This document shows positions 43,466 through 53,228 of a stretch of DNA of 64,000 bases, one piece after another (the first letter of the stretch is position 1; each line of letters starts with the position of its first letter). Source of the stretch: a phage; the sequence record PV419677.1; one strand, 5' to 3'. A program made the position numbers and the translations under genes. The notes beneath the pieces are model-generated. The model had not been told where the DNA came from, did no database searches, and saw only the letters and a program-made list of their open reading frames with translations.

Positions 43466-43747
43466 TTAGTCGTTGGCTCTATTATATGCCACGTCTTCCA
43501 AAAGCAAATCCAACCGCTTATGATAAGTGAACACAAATTTAGTTGCCCCATCTGGTTTCATTTTGGTCATGAAGTGAACATAGATAAATCCTTGCTCAAC
43601 GCATTCACGCCAAACGGGGTTATCTTTAGCCGGATTAATATCAAACGAGTAATTATGATTCACATGACGAATAAACTGGTTAACATGACCGTAATCCATC
43701 GTGGTAGTTGGACCACGGTCAGAAATAGTATGAACGACAAACATCAA
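43466..43747 (-). CDS. Hypothetical protein (30.1-like position)
   Basis: 93-aa ORF. Confidence 0.5.
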   Translation of the reverse strand: MMFVVHTISDRGPTTTMDYGHVNQFIRHVNHNYSFDINPAKDNPVWRECVEQGFIYVHFMTKMKPDGATKFVFTYHKRLDLLLEDVAYNRAND

Positions 43748-44568
43748 TTACCCCCTTGGCCACCGGTCGGTTGATTGTACCAGTATTCAATACCAGTACC
43801 TACACGCTGGCCATATTGATATGGATATCCTGGATTATATCCAGGAGTCCACGGTTGACCAGGCTGCCAGCCTTGCTGCATTTGTTGTTGAAGGCGTCGA
43901 GTTTCACGAAACAGCTCTTCCAGTTTACGGAGTTCATCTGGAGTGAATTCTGGTTTGACCGGTTCATCTTTGTGTTTCAGTTTAAGCTGTCCAGCAACAT
44001 CGTCCCAATTAAAAACTTTGGAAGCTGTTTTAGGAATAGCATCACGTTCGCCGCGGGCCATCCAATAAACCGGAACCTCAAGAATTTCACTCGCATGGTC
44101 GCAATGGTGTGCAAGGTCATCAATATAACAAATGACATTATATTTGTCTTTTGCCTTCTGAAACAAATCCTCTTTAGAGGCTGTATGACCACACATCATC
44201 ACTTCTTTAAACGCTCCAGGGAACAAAGCATTCAGGTTAAATTGACGATTCAAGCGTGCGTCAATGGAATCACCCAGGGCTGTAACAGCCACAAAATCAT
44301 ATTGCTCTTTGAGGTTATTAATAACCCTTAATGCATCCGCATAAGGAGACAAATAGCGAATAAAGTCTGAACAGTTATATTTTTCAATTAACTGCGCGCC
44401 TAACTCTTCATCACAATTGAAAAGTTTACCAGGGGTCACAAATTTTTCATCCTGAATCATCTTAAGGATATGTTCCAGGGGTAAATTATATTTTTGGGCG
44501 AAATAAGGCAAGCCAGACTGCCATGACAAACATACGCCATCAATATCTGTTAAAATAACGGGTTTCAT
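43744..44568 (-). CDS. HAD-superfamily phosphatase-like protein with Gly/Pro/Gln/Tyr-rich C-terminal tail (30.2-like position)
   Basis: Motif I ILTDIDGV, motif II VAVTALG, motif IV YIDD; C-terminus GWQPGQPWTPGYNPGYPYQYG...GGQGGN. Confidence 0.6.
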   Translation of the reverse strand: MKPVILTDIDGVCLSWQSGLPYFAQKYNLPLEHILKMIQDEKFVTPGKLFNCDEELGAQLIEKYNCSDFIRYLSPYADALRVINNLKEQYDFVAVTALGDSIDARLNRQFNLNALFPGAFKEVMMCGHTASKEDLFQKAKDKYNVICYIDDLAHHCDHASEILEVPVYWMARGERDAIPKTASKVFNWDDVAGQLKLKHKDEPVKPEFTPDELRKLEELFRETRRLQQQMQQGWQPGQPWTPGYNPGYPYQYGQRVGTGIEYWYNQPTGGQGGN

Positions 44569-45032
44569 AATGCATCTCTCAATTGGTTAAGTATGTCAAT
44601 AAATTCTTGTTCAGTCAATATTGTATCATGAACAGTAAGGTGGCTCGCCATCGAATGCTTTAAAACTTTGCCTTTTGTAGCTTGTAATGCGTCGCGGAAT
44701 CCTTTGTTTTGGAGCGCTGCTTCAAAATATGCACTTGTATACAGCTCTTTCCATGATGCAGAGTATCTTGAAAAGGGAATTCCAAGCCAGAAAAGCGTCC
44801 CACGGTCCGCAGCTCTTGCATAAGCTCTTCCACTTTGCTGGGCGGCCAATCCGGACATCCCAAATATACGTTTTTGTTGTTCATGATTTCTCACCTTGCA
44901 CCCTTGTAGGAAGCCTTCAAGACCCCCAAACTGGATACCCTCCATAACAAAAGGCCATTTGGCAAAGTTACTTAATGCACATGATGGCCACGGGAAATTG
45001 CTTCTTATTTCTAACTCAGACATTTTTGACAC
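44565..45032 (-). CDS. NADAR (YbiA/DUF1768-like) domain protein, candidate ADP-ribosyl-guanine hydrolase (30.3-like position)
   Basis: ALSNFAKWPFVMEG...F...EGFLQGCK resembles the E. coli YbiA signature FSNFAAWPIKVDG...SEHYFQAQK. Confidence 0.65.
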   Translation of the reverse strand: MSKMSELEIRSNFPWPSCALSNFAKWPFVMEGIQFGGLEGFLQGCKVRNHEQQKRIFGMSGLAAQQSGRAYARAADRGTLFWLGIPFSRYSASWKELYTSAYFEAALQNKGFRDALQATKGKVLKHSMASHLTVHDTILTEQEFIDILNQLRDAL

Positions 45033-45228
45033 TGATAATCTCTACATCAGCCCAATGACCATAACCAGGTAAACGGTCTTTAATAGATAATCCGCCGTCA
45101 GATTTCAGCATTTTAATTGTTTTAGTATATGGTTCAATATTTCGGGCCCATGGACTTACGTCAGTCACGCGATAAGTAACTTCAACCATTTCTGTTCCCA
45201 AAATTTTCTGAATCAGTTTCTTAAACAT
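45016..45228 (-). CDS. Hypothetical protein
   Basis: 70-aa ORF in the 30.x early cluster. Confidence 0.45.
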   Translation of the reverse strand: MFKKLIQKILGTEMVEVTYRVTDVSPWARNIEPYTKTIKMLKSDGGLSIKDRLPGYGHWADVEIISVKNV

Positions 45229-45229
45229 A

Positions 45230-45424
45230 TTATCCTCGCTTTAAGCATTTGATTACAGACAACTCACCACCCATGCGAACGTCTTCAGTTCCATCAACCC
45301 ACAAGACTGCATATGCTTCTTTAATTTGGGTATTGCCTAATTTAAACGCAGGCAGGACCTTTGAAATCATTCCAGGAATACCCACACCTTTTAACTGAAC
45401 AGTTTGTGATAAGAATAATTTCAT
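45230..45424 (-). CDS. Hypothetical protein
   Basis: 64-aa ORF; translationally coupled to neighbours. Confidence 0.45.
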   Translation of the reverse strand: MKLFLSQTVQLKGVGIPGMISKVLPAFKLGNTQIKEAYAVLWVDGTEDVRMGGELSVIKCLKRG

Positions 45425-45711
45425 TAGAACCTCATCTGGAAACCGTGTGATTTAACATTACCGCCATTAATATCAGATGAATTAATTTCGCGCGCCACGG
45501 TTGGGTCAATATTAATGTCACGACTAAGCTTAGTGATTGCCAGAGTATCGCGTCCATTAACAGTCCGGAATTCTAGTGGGCAAACCACATCAACATAGTT
45601 CTTAATGGAATCACGTGTTGGTTCACACCCAGCAGGAACATTAGGGCCTTTTTTAGAGAGAACAACTTCACAGAAATTTTTACGTGTATCAAAGTAAGTA
45701 GTCATAAACAT
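45424..45711 (-). CDS. Hypothetical protein
   Basis: Start trimmed to Met20 (RBS GAGGA); 95 aa; preceded by GGGGGCTTTCGCCCCC hairpin. Confidence 0.5.
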   Translation of the reverse strand: MFMTTYFDTRKNFCEVVLSKKGPNVPAGCEPTRDSIKNYVDVVCPLEFRTVNGRDTLAITKLSRDINIDPTVAREINSSDINGGNVKSHGFQMRF

Positions 45712-45725
45712 AGTATTTTCCTCAA

Positions 45726-45745
45726 GGGGGCTTTCGCCCCCCCAT
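45726..45745 (-). terminator. GC hairpin between small ORFs
   Basis: GGGGGCTTTCGCCCCCCC. Confidence 0.4.
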
Positions 45746-45751
45746 TTAAGA

Positions 45752-46117
45752 TTAGATATCAAATTCATTAAGAACTACATCAAAGATTGCTTCCAGGTGT
45801 TCAGGTTTTGCTTTGTTGCTCAGGATGTGACGAATCCAAGTTTTAACCAGAAGCTTGCGATTAACACCATTCCAGCAAGGATGGGTTCCTAAATCACGTT
45901 CACGGAAATCATCATCTAACGCGATTTTGAATACCGAGCCTTCCATCGTGATTGAAAGAGTGATACCATTTTCAAATCGCATATAAACGTAGTTAGGAGT
46001 CATATATTGTTCAATTTCACACACTGAACCGTTTTGATGTTTCCACAAGCAAATAACTTCAGAAGAACCTGGGATGCAGTTAGAAACATATTTGCGTTCA
46101 AAGTTGATGTAGTTCAT
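45752..46117 (-). CDS. Hypothetical protein
   Basis: 121-aa ORF; RBS GGAG; early promoter inside hairpin at 46157-46186. Confidence 0.55.
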   Translation of the reverse strand: MNYINFERKYVSNCIPGSSEVICLWKHQNGSVCEIEQYMTPNYVYMRFENGITLSITMEGSVFKIALDDDFRERDLGTHPCWNGVNRKLLVKTWIRHILSNKAKPEHLEAIFDVVLNEFDI

Positions 46118-46156
46118 TTTATTCTCCAGTTGTTTTCATTTGTTGGTACAGGTTTA

Positions 46157-46186
46157 TAATATCATAACCTGTACCAAAGTAAACTG
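46157..46186 (-). promoter_or_regulatory. T4 early-type promoter embedded in a 10-bp-stem hairpin
   Basis: Minus strand GTTTAC-17-TATTAT; plus strand hairpin GGTACAGGTT...AACCTGTACC. Confidence 0.5.
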
Positions 46187-46188
46187 TT

Positions 46189-46557
46189 TTATGCGACTTT
46201 AATCCAATTATCTAAATTTAATTCACCCTTAGCTTTCATTTTTTCAATCAGAAGGTCTGCAGTGGTGCGACCATTTTGATACCATGTAACATCTTCAGAA
46301 TAACCAGTTTCTTCATCTTCATAGGTCTTACAACGAATCTTACCCAAAATCAAAGTTTTCAGTTCGTAGGTATCACCAGTAAAAAAGTTTGTTACCATAA
46401 TTTTCCAAGAGAAGTCATCAGAAGGACCTTCTGGAGTCATGCAACCTACAAATTCAAACTGCTCTTTATACAAGTGCCATTGCATCTCTTTAGTTTCGAT
46501 TGCTTTGTAGCCGTCGTGGTCTTTACCTTTGATGTATGAGTTAAGATTGATTTTCAT
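46189..46557 (-). CDS. Hypothetical protein (30.9-like position)
   Basis: 122-aa ORF; RBS GGAG; early promoter 46598-46628. Confidence 0.55.
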   Translation of the reverse strand: MKINLNSYIKGKDHDGYKAIETKEMQWHLYKEQFEFVGCMTPEGPSDDFSWKIMVTNFFTGDTYELKTLILGKIRCKTYEDEETGYSEDVTWYQNGRTTADLLIEKMKAKGELNLDNWIKVA

Positions 46558-46597
46558 TTTATGCTCCAGTGTTTTATTGTGTAACTCAGTATGAAAT

Positions 46598-46628
46598 CAT
46601 TATGCACTGGACCAACCCTGTTGTAAAC
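46598..46628 (-). promoter_or_regulatory. T4 early-type promoter
   Basis: Minus strand GGGGTTTACAA then spacer then GCATAATGATTTCATACTGAG. Confidence 0.55.
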
Positions 46629-46643
46629 CCCTTTATGGAAAAT

Positions 46644-46670
46644 AAAAAAAGGGACTCCGAAGAGTCCCTG
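46644..46670 (-). terminator. Rho-independent terminator after the 58-aa ORF / rIII-proximal noncoding region
   Basis: Minus strand CAGGGACTCTTCGGAGTCCC followed by TTTTTTT. Confidence 0.65.
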
Positions 46671-46836
46671 AACTTATGCTTTCGGCTTACCAAAGCAAGC
46701 TGCATCGGCACGCAATACCGCACGAGCACGAGCCTGAAGTTTATCAGTCACCTGATTGATTCGCTTGTTGGACGCACGCTTGTAACCAGCGCGTTTGGAG
46801 GAGTCATCAACAACTTTAACTTCTTTCTTAGCCATA
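46660..46836 (-). CDS. Small basic protein, possible (58 aa)
   Basis: Found by hand: MAKKEVKVVDDSSKRAGYKRASNKRINQ...; immediately followed by strong hairpin terminator; weak RBS. Confidence 0.35.
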
Positions 46837-46856
46837 TTAAATTCTCTTTAAAATAG

Positions 46857-47224
46857 AATGCAGGACTTATTGGCATTGCCTGCGCAAGCCCTCGAAGGGA
46901 ACATTAGGTTTCGGATATTTAACGACAGGATAACCATAAACCTCGTCATCATAGCTCTTATCTGTTGCACACCGTTAGCTTAAAGGTTCCGGGTTCGATT
47001 TCTCGAGGATAAGATATATACTGATGGATATATAGGCCTTGAGGCGTACTCCCGATTGGCCATCACCTCGGGGTAGCATGCACTTGCCGCTATAAAATAA
47101 CATTCAAGAGGTACACCGTAAAACTGCCGAGGTCTTAAAACTATAATGATTCGCAAATCATTAATCAGACAGTTCGACGGCTCCTCGATTTTAGCTCACA
47201 CTAAGGCAGTGAATCTCCAATAAA
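46857..47224 (-). other. ORF-poor structured intergenic region downstream of rIII (candidate noncoding RNA or regulatory element)
   Basis: No ORF of 60 aa or more on either strand over about 370 nt in an otherwise gene-dense region; perfect 8-bp-stem hairpin TAATGATT-cgca-AATCATTA; complementary segments GACCTCGG/CCGAGGT; direct repeat GATATATA x2. Confidence 0.35.
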
Positions 47225-47479
47225 TTACTTCAATGTTACCACAAAGTGACGAACTGCTTTTCGTGCAGCAGATGCCAGCGGCTTAGCAAATTTCAGTTCA
47301 TCTTTTGCTTCGAGCACTGCGCGAAGGTCGGTTTGAACCGGGTTAAGATGTTTGAAATACTGCAGAATTTCCAGTGCTTCGGCTTCAACATCAATAGATG
47401 CGCCGTAGTTTTCGTGACCGTTATTCCATGCAGTGCGTTGCAGTTCGAGAGCGTGTTGTAATTGTTTGTTTAAAGACAT
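47225..47479 (-). CDS. rIII: Lysis-inhibition accessory protein RIII
   Basis: Start trimmed to internal Met (RBS GAGG), 84 aa (T4 82); position next to gene 31. Confidence 0.7.
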   Translation of the reverse strand: MSLNKQLQHALELQRTAWNNGHENYGASIDVEAEALEILQYFKHLNPVQTDLRAVLEAKDELKFAKPLASAARKAVRHFVVTLK

Positions 47480-47636
47480 TTTAGAAGCCTCAATATGAGG
47501 TGAATATTTGGTGGACACGTTCTTCTGAATTTCACTTCCTTTCGGCAAGTCTCTCAGTTGTAGTCCACCGTTTAGGATTCTCCGGTTAACTAACTGGTCC
47601 GGCAGCCAATCCATATTATTATTTATAACGCTAATT

Positions 47637-47984
47637 TTACTTATAAAGACAAGGAACAGCTTTATAATGACAGGTCACAAATTTCTGCTTAACTTCTTTA
47701 GCCTGCTTAAGTCCCAGTGCAACCAGAGGATGTGGAACGTTTGCAATCTTGCCAACCGGAAGAGGAGTCAAATCACCTACTTCGCAGAAGCCTTCAGGAA
47801 CATCCGGACCAACCGAAAATACTTCACACATCTCCGGGATTTCACCCTGATGGAGTTTTCCGATAACGATGCCTGATGCCGTAGTTTCTTCATCACCAGC
47901 TTGCTTTGGCTCAGAAACCAAAATAATATATTCACCTACTGCTTTAATTGGTAATTCCATATTTAATCCATGTTGTTTGGTCAT
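47637..47984 (-). CDS. gp31: Co-chaperonin gp31 (GroES analogue for capsid folding)
   Basis: 115 aa; near-identical blocks to T4 gp31 ([66 protein letters not shown]). Confidence 0.95.
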   Translation of the reverse strand: MTKQHGLNMELPIKAVGEYIILVSEPKQAGDEETTASGIVIGKLHQGEIPEMCEVFSVGPDVPEGFCEVGDLTPLPVGKIANVPHPLVALGLKQAKEVKQKFVTCHYKAVPCLYK

Positions 47985-48015
47985 GTATTAATAATAGCAT
48001 GCATTGTTTGAAGCA

Positions 48016-48315
48016 TTAAAGAACGAGCAGAGTCTCGGTCTGCAGTCCATTCACGGAAATCAATTTATTGAAACAGAATGAACGCCATTCATTAAGCTTG
48101 GTATCAAATACCCGGATATAGCTAACTGGTTCTTTATTGACTTCTGGTCCAGGGGCCTGGATTTCTTTATACGGAAGCAGGTCCAGGTCGCGAGTACAAG
48201 TCATACGACGAACACTGCCATCTGCTTTTTCAAACAGAACTTCGTGAAAGCCAACAGACAAAATAGTCTTGACTTTTTCACGGAGGCGAATTGTTTCTTG
48301 TTCAGTTAAAATCAT
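48016..48315 (-). CDS. Hypothetical protein (31.1-like position)
   Basis: 99-aa ORF. Confidence 0.5.
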   Translation of the reverse strand: MILTEQETIRLREKVKTILSVGFHEVLFEKADGSVRRMTCTRDLDLLPYKEIQAPGPEVNKEPVSYIRVFDTKLNEWRSFCFNKLISVNGLQTETLLVL

Positions 48316-48317
48316 AA

Positions 48318-48551
48318 TTATTCCAAAACAGTTTTAATAGTGGTTGCATTCCGCTCTTTTAGAGCACTCAGCAGGGATTTGCATTTTTCAAAAACCGGGT
48401 CCGTTTTATACCGGATGCTTTCGTCAATCCATTCGGATTTATAGTAAGACTTCCAACGAGAGAAGAAATACTTTTTGTATTCCACTGAAAAAGAGATTAT
48501 ACCCGTCCCCCGAGGACTAAGACTGGTTATTTTAACCATACGAAATTTCAT
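48318..48551 (-). CDS. Hypothetical protein (31.2-like position)
   Basis: 77-aa ORF. Confidence 0.5.
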   Translation of the reverse strand: MKFRMVKITSLSPRGTGIISFSVEYKKYFFSRWKSYYKSEWIDESIRYKTDPVFEKCKSLLSALKERNATTIKTVLE

Positions 48552-49132
48552 TATTCACCACAAAATTCGTTAATGTTTTCCCAGTTCAATTTGTCTAGAC
48601 TGCGCTTAGGCACATTGAACACCTCAATTCCTGCGTTCTTCAGGATATCATCCCAACCAGGAATATTCTTGTCATACGTTTCACAGTAAACCAATTTCTT
48701 GATTCCTGATTGGGAGATTGCTTTTGCGCAATCAGGACAAGGAGAAAGCGTCACATACATAGTAGCGCCTTCAATTGACGAACCCATTCTTGCTGCGAAC
48801 AGAATCGCATTAAGCTCAGCATGGATTTCGTTGTTCTTTGACCAGGCAGAATGGGCTTCGCGATGGGCTTTCGCCAATACAAAACGGTCAACCTTGCTGA
48901 ATCTCACGCATTCTGGCTTATGTCCAGGGACGAGAACGGGTTTAGGTTTATTCAGTAACCAACCTTGCTCTTCCGCATGCTCGCAACAGTTGACCCCACC
49001 TGCAGGGGAACCATTATACCCTGTAGAAATAATGCGCCCATTCTTTTCAATAACAGCTCCCACTTTCCAGGAGCAACATTTGGATTCTTGAGATACAAGG
49101 TATGCGATTTGCAGAACAGTAGTTGGTTTCAT
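48551..49132 (-). CDS. cd: dCMP deaminase
   Basis: 193 aa as in T4; zinc-binding CDA motifs CEHAE and PCPDCA. Confidence 0.9.
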   Translation of the reverse strand: MKPTTVLQIAYLVSQESKCCSWKVGAVIEKNGRIISTGYNGSPAGGVNCCEHAEEQGWLLNKPKPVLVPGHKPECVRFSKVDRFVLAKAHREAHSAWSKNNEIHAELNAILFAARMGSSIEGATMYVTLSPCPDCAKAISQSGIKKLVYCETYDKNIPGWDDILKNAGIEVFNVPKRSLDKLNWENINEFCGE

Positions 49133-49468
49133 TTACATCACCACGAGATAATTGGTTTTAATAGTTTCAACACGATATAATTCATGTCGCAATTTAGTAA
49201 TGCTCTTAACATGTGTTGTAATTATACTATCACCGTCGCTGAAGCGTTTTTTCTTATCGTCAAAAATCACCCCAAACATTCGCTCACCAATTTCTACAGG
49301 AGCTTCTGTGATAACAACCGCATCATAATTACTTGGGTGAATACTTTTAAACAGAGCATCATTCGCAAGCGTTACTTTGATAAATGCAGTTGTTTCTGGG
49401 TCCAACTTACGATGGTCACCTAAATCATTTTTAAGTGATTCTTTGAAAATATCCATTAAATTCATCAT
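49133..49468 (-). CDS. Hypothetical protein (cd.x-like)
   Basis: 111-aa ORF. Confidence 0.45.
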   Translation of the reverse strand: MMNLMDIFKESLKNDLGDHRKLDPETTAFIKVTLANDALFKSIHPSNYDAVVITEAPVEIGERMFGVIFDDKKKRFSDGDSIITTHVKSITKLRHELYRVETIKTNYLVVM

Positions 49469-49710
49469 TGAATATACACTCGCTGCGCTTCAACCAGACC
49501 ATCAGAACCCAATTTCAGTTGGGTAAACTGGTCACCACCTTTTAGAGTAATTTTCGGATTAATGACAATCATAAAACTGCGTGCAGATTCCTGAATAACT
49601 TGCAAAGTCGCAGCAGGGAATCGCTGTGATACGCGGTTAATCATCTCTTGAGCAAATTCCTTCACTTTTTCGTGAAACTCTTCAACAGTAATTGGGGTTT
49701 CGCTAAGCAT
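49465..49710 (-). CDS. Hypothetical protein (cd.x-like)
   Basis: 81-aa ORF; ATGA overlap. Confidence 0.45.
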   Translation of the reverse strand: MLSETPITVEEFHEKVKEFAQEMINRVSQRFPAATLQVIQESARSFMIVINPKITLKGGDQFTQLKLGSDGLVEAQRVYIQ

Positions 49711-50252
49711 CAGATTGCCTCCTGTTTAACTTGTTTAACGATAGAAACTTTTGTGATATCACCTTTGATAATATAGCAATCTTCTGCAGTACCACGGTTT
49801 AACAGGCGTTCTGCTTCGTCTTCCGCATATTCTTTTGACACATGACGAGAGTTAATCTCAATCTTGCCATTTTTAACCACAAGCAATTTCCAAACTGATG
49901 CAAGTTTTACTGGCACAGGTTCAACTTCTGGCTTAACACCAACTTCCGCCTGGATGAAATATTTGAATTCATCTGATAATGGACCAACAGAAACAAACAT
50001 TGCCCCACGATGCCTGTTCTGCTCGTCAGATATTTTTACCAAATCCACAAAATCATTTTCATCAATCAGACGAATCTCACAAACTTTTTTACCGCCGCTA
50101 ACATTATCAGGTAAAATCTTAACTTCAAACGGAGTCATACCGATGTATCCAGCAATTTGGTAATTAGATGCCCATCCACCAGAGACAAACTGTTTTTTGG
50201 CATTTTCAGATACAAATTTGTAAAACTTACCTTCTTCAAAGAAATCGCTCAT
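49710..50252 (-). CDS. Hypothetical protein (cd.x-like)
   Basis: 180-aa ORF; RBS GAGGA; early promoter GTTTAC-17-TATAAT at 50282-50310. Confidence 0.55.
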   Translation of the reverse strand: MSDFFEEGKFYKFVSENAKKQFVSGGWASNYQIAGYIGMTPFEVKILPDNVSGGKKVCEIRLIDENDFVDLVKISDEQNRHRGAMFVSVGPLSDEFKYFIQAEVGVKPEVEPVPVKLASVWKLLVVKNGKIEINSRHVSKEYAEDEAERLLNRGTAEDCYIIKGDITKVSIVKQVKQEAI

Positions 50253-50281
50253 TTTGTTTTCCTCATGTGTTGATGAAATTC

Positions 50282-50310
50282 ATTATACACCATCCATGGT
50301 GAAAGTAAAC
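50282..50310 (-). promoter_or_regulatory. T4 early-type promoter
   Basis: Minus strand GTTTAC-17-TATAAT. Confidence 0.6.
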
Positions 50311-50312
50311 AC

Positions 50313-50591
50313 TTAAATTGCTTCGACAACTACCGTTTGTTTCTGGAAGTCCATTTTGCATGAAATAGCCAAAATGTGGTTATCAATTTTAAATGGAACA
50401 ATTGCAAATGCTGCACCAGGCGTGAGTTGAACAGTGATTGCATCAACTGCATCCGGGAACATGATTTCCAGAATAGCAGACAAACGACCGTGCACTTTTA
50501 GTTCAGTCGACACGTCGACGCTTTCGTATAGATAATCAGATACAATCTGACTAAAAAGTACTTTAACAATTTCAGAATATGTAGGAAACAT
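50313..50591 (-). CDS. Hypothetical protein
   Basis: 92-aa ORF; MotA-box-like promoter upstream. Confidence 0.5.
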   Translation of the reverse strand: MFPTYSEIVKVLFSQIVSDYLYESVDVSTELKVHGRLSAILEIMFPDAVDAITVQLTPGAAFAIVPFKIDNHILAISCKMDFQKQTVVVEAI

Positions 50592-50638
50592 TTCTTTTCT
50601 CGCTTAGTTATTGGGGCTATCCAAAGGACCTAGACCCC

Positions 50639-50666
50639 ATTATACCATAAAATTTTTAAAGCGTTA
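50639..50666 (-). promoter_or_regulatory. Middle-type promoter (imperfect MotA box)
   Basis: Minus strand AACGCTTTAA then spacer then TATAAT. Confidence 0.45.
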
Positions 50667-50879
50667 ATGGACGGTATGCACCTTGACATTAACGATAAAT
50701 CGGTCAATGACTTCAGTCAGCGGAACGAATTCAACATAATATTCGCCCTTGTACCGTTCGTTGATGTCATTACGCAGTGCAGCCAGGTTATTGATAAGAG
50801 CAGGAGACATATTCTGACCTACCAGTTTCTGAAGCTCTTTATAAGCTTCTTCTTCAACTTCATGGTGTTTGTTATACAT
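50664..50879 (-). CDS. Hypothetical protein (start uncertain; track ORF extends to 50948)
   Basis: 71-94 aa; overlaps upstream ORF. Confidence 0.4.
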   Translation of the reverse strand: MYNKHHEVEEEAYKELQKLVGQNMSPALINNLAALRNDINERYKGEYYVEFVPLTEVIDRFIVNVKVHTVH

Positions 50880-51068
50880 AATGTTCTTCCAAGAAGGCCA
50901 AGAGTTCTGGAGCGGATTTAAAGATACCGCCATCGACCTTGTCTTCATCTTTATAGTCCATTACATCCAGGCCAATACGTCCATCAGTTAAAGGCCATAC
51001 GCTGAAAAAGTATTCGTAACGTTTTTCAATTTCTTCGATTGTACGAAAAATCTTTTCGATATTATTCA

Positions 51069-51069
<1 letters not shown>
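50872..51069 (-). CDS. Hypothetical small protein
   Basis: Start trimmed to ATG overlapping pseT stop (TAATG); 65 aa. Confidence 0.45.
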
Positions 51070-52287
<1,218 letters not shown>

Positions 52288-52291
<4 letters not shown>

Positions 52292-52770
52292 ACACCAAGC
52301 TCCTTATAAAGTTCTTCGCGACAAGTTTTAAGGATTTTACCAGTTTCATAAGCTGCGCTTTCAGAAACATCACCAAGTGTAGCGGCAGCTTGCATTTGTC
52401 CATGACGTTTAGCCGCGTATTCAAAACTTTTTACTAGCTCACGAATACGTTCTTTTTCATTGTATTCTTCAATGAATTCTGGGTATTCCCAAACAGGTCG
52501 CATCATACGATACCAATGCTGAATAGTGATATAATTACTTCCATCCAGATTAATAATTTGTGAAGGCTTAATAGCACCCGGAGCATAAAAAGTTACCTGT
52601 CTTACTACATCAATACCGTCCACCATAGCCCAAGCAAAATCAAAAGTTGCCTTCTTTTCAATTGGTGTACTTGCACAGGACCCTAATTTTAAGAGCTTTT
52701 GTAATGCAGGGGATTTAACACCTGAAATGTATTCAGGATTAGCTACAAAAGAATTGTCACGTAAAGTCAT
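52288..52770 (-). CDS. Hypothetical protein
   Basis: Start trimmed to Met13 (RBS GAGGA), 160 aa; early promoter GTGTACAAA-17-TATAAT at 52805-52834. Confidence 0.5.
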
Positions 52771-52804
52771 AGTCATTTCCTCAAATTTTATAATCCGTGG
52801 GAGC

Positions 52805-52834
52805 ATTATACTCTACTCCCATAAGTTTGTACAC
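52805..52834 (-). promoter_or_regulatory. T4 early-type promoter
   Basis: Minus strand AGTAGTGTACAAA-17-TATAAT. Confidence 0.55.
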
Positions 52835-52937
52835 TACTTACCAAAAATACCATGCATGCACATGCTAAACACGATTCCAAAACAAAAACATGCAGCACCA
52901 AATCGAAAGATATCCCATCCGTCAGTACACGCCTCAA

Positions 52938-53228
52938 TCATTTACAACGCTCCTCTTTTAGCTCAGAACGATAATAACATAACATACCTTTTTGGTCATG
53001 TACATACCTTTTTACATCGTTCAGCCAGATTCTAAATTCTTGCGATGCTTCAAAAGGCATACCAACCCACGGCTGACCTTCAATTACCCTCACTTCCCAT
53101 TGCTGCTTATAATCAGCCAATGCAACAGGCCAATTAGGATGAACTTGGATTGTGGGCTCCGCAACGGGCTTCTGGGCACACGAAACGAGTCCAATAGCCA
53201 AACATACTGCCATGATAGATTTCATCAT
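52938..53228 (-). CDS. Outer-membrane spanin lipoprotein (o-spanin, pseT.2-like)
   Basis: Signal peptide with lipobox LVSC at the N-terminus; 96 aa; start overlaps i-spanin stop. Confidence 0.7.
   Translation of the reverse strand: MMKSIMAVCLAIGLVSCAQKPVAEPTIQVHPNWPVALADYKQQWEVRVIEGQPWVGMPFEASQEFRIWLNDVKRYVHDQKGMLCYYRSELKEERCK

Noticed and set aside
46985-47010. tRNA-like T-arm sequence GGTTCCGGGTTCGATTTCTCG
   Set aside because: The flanking 5-nt segments (CCGGG / TCTCG) cannot pair as a T-stem and no acceptor or D-arm could be built on either strand, so it is not called as a tRNA.
47142-47147. Plus-strand TATAAT that looked like a promoter pointing into rIII
   Set aside because: It is part of a perfect hairpin (TAATGATT-cgca-AATCATTA) with no plausible -35 and no plus-strand gene downstream; treated as structure, not a promoter.
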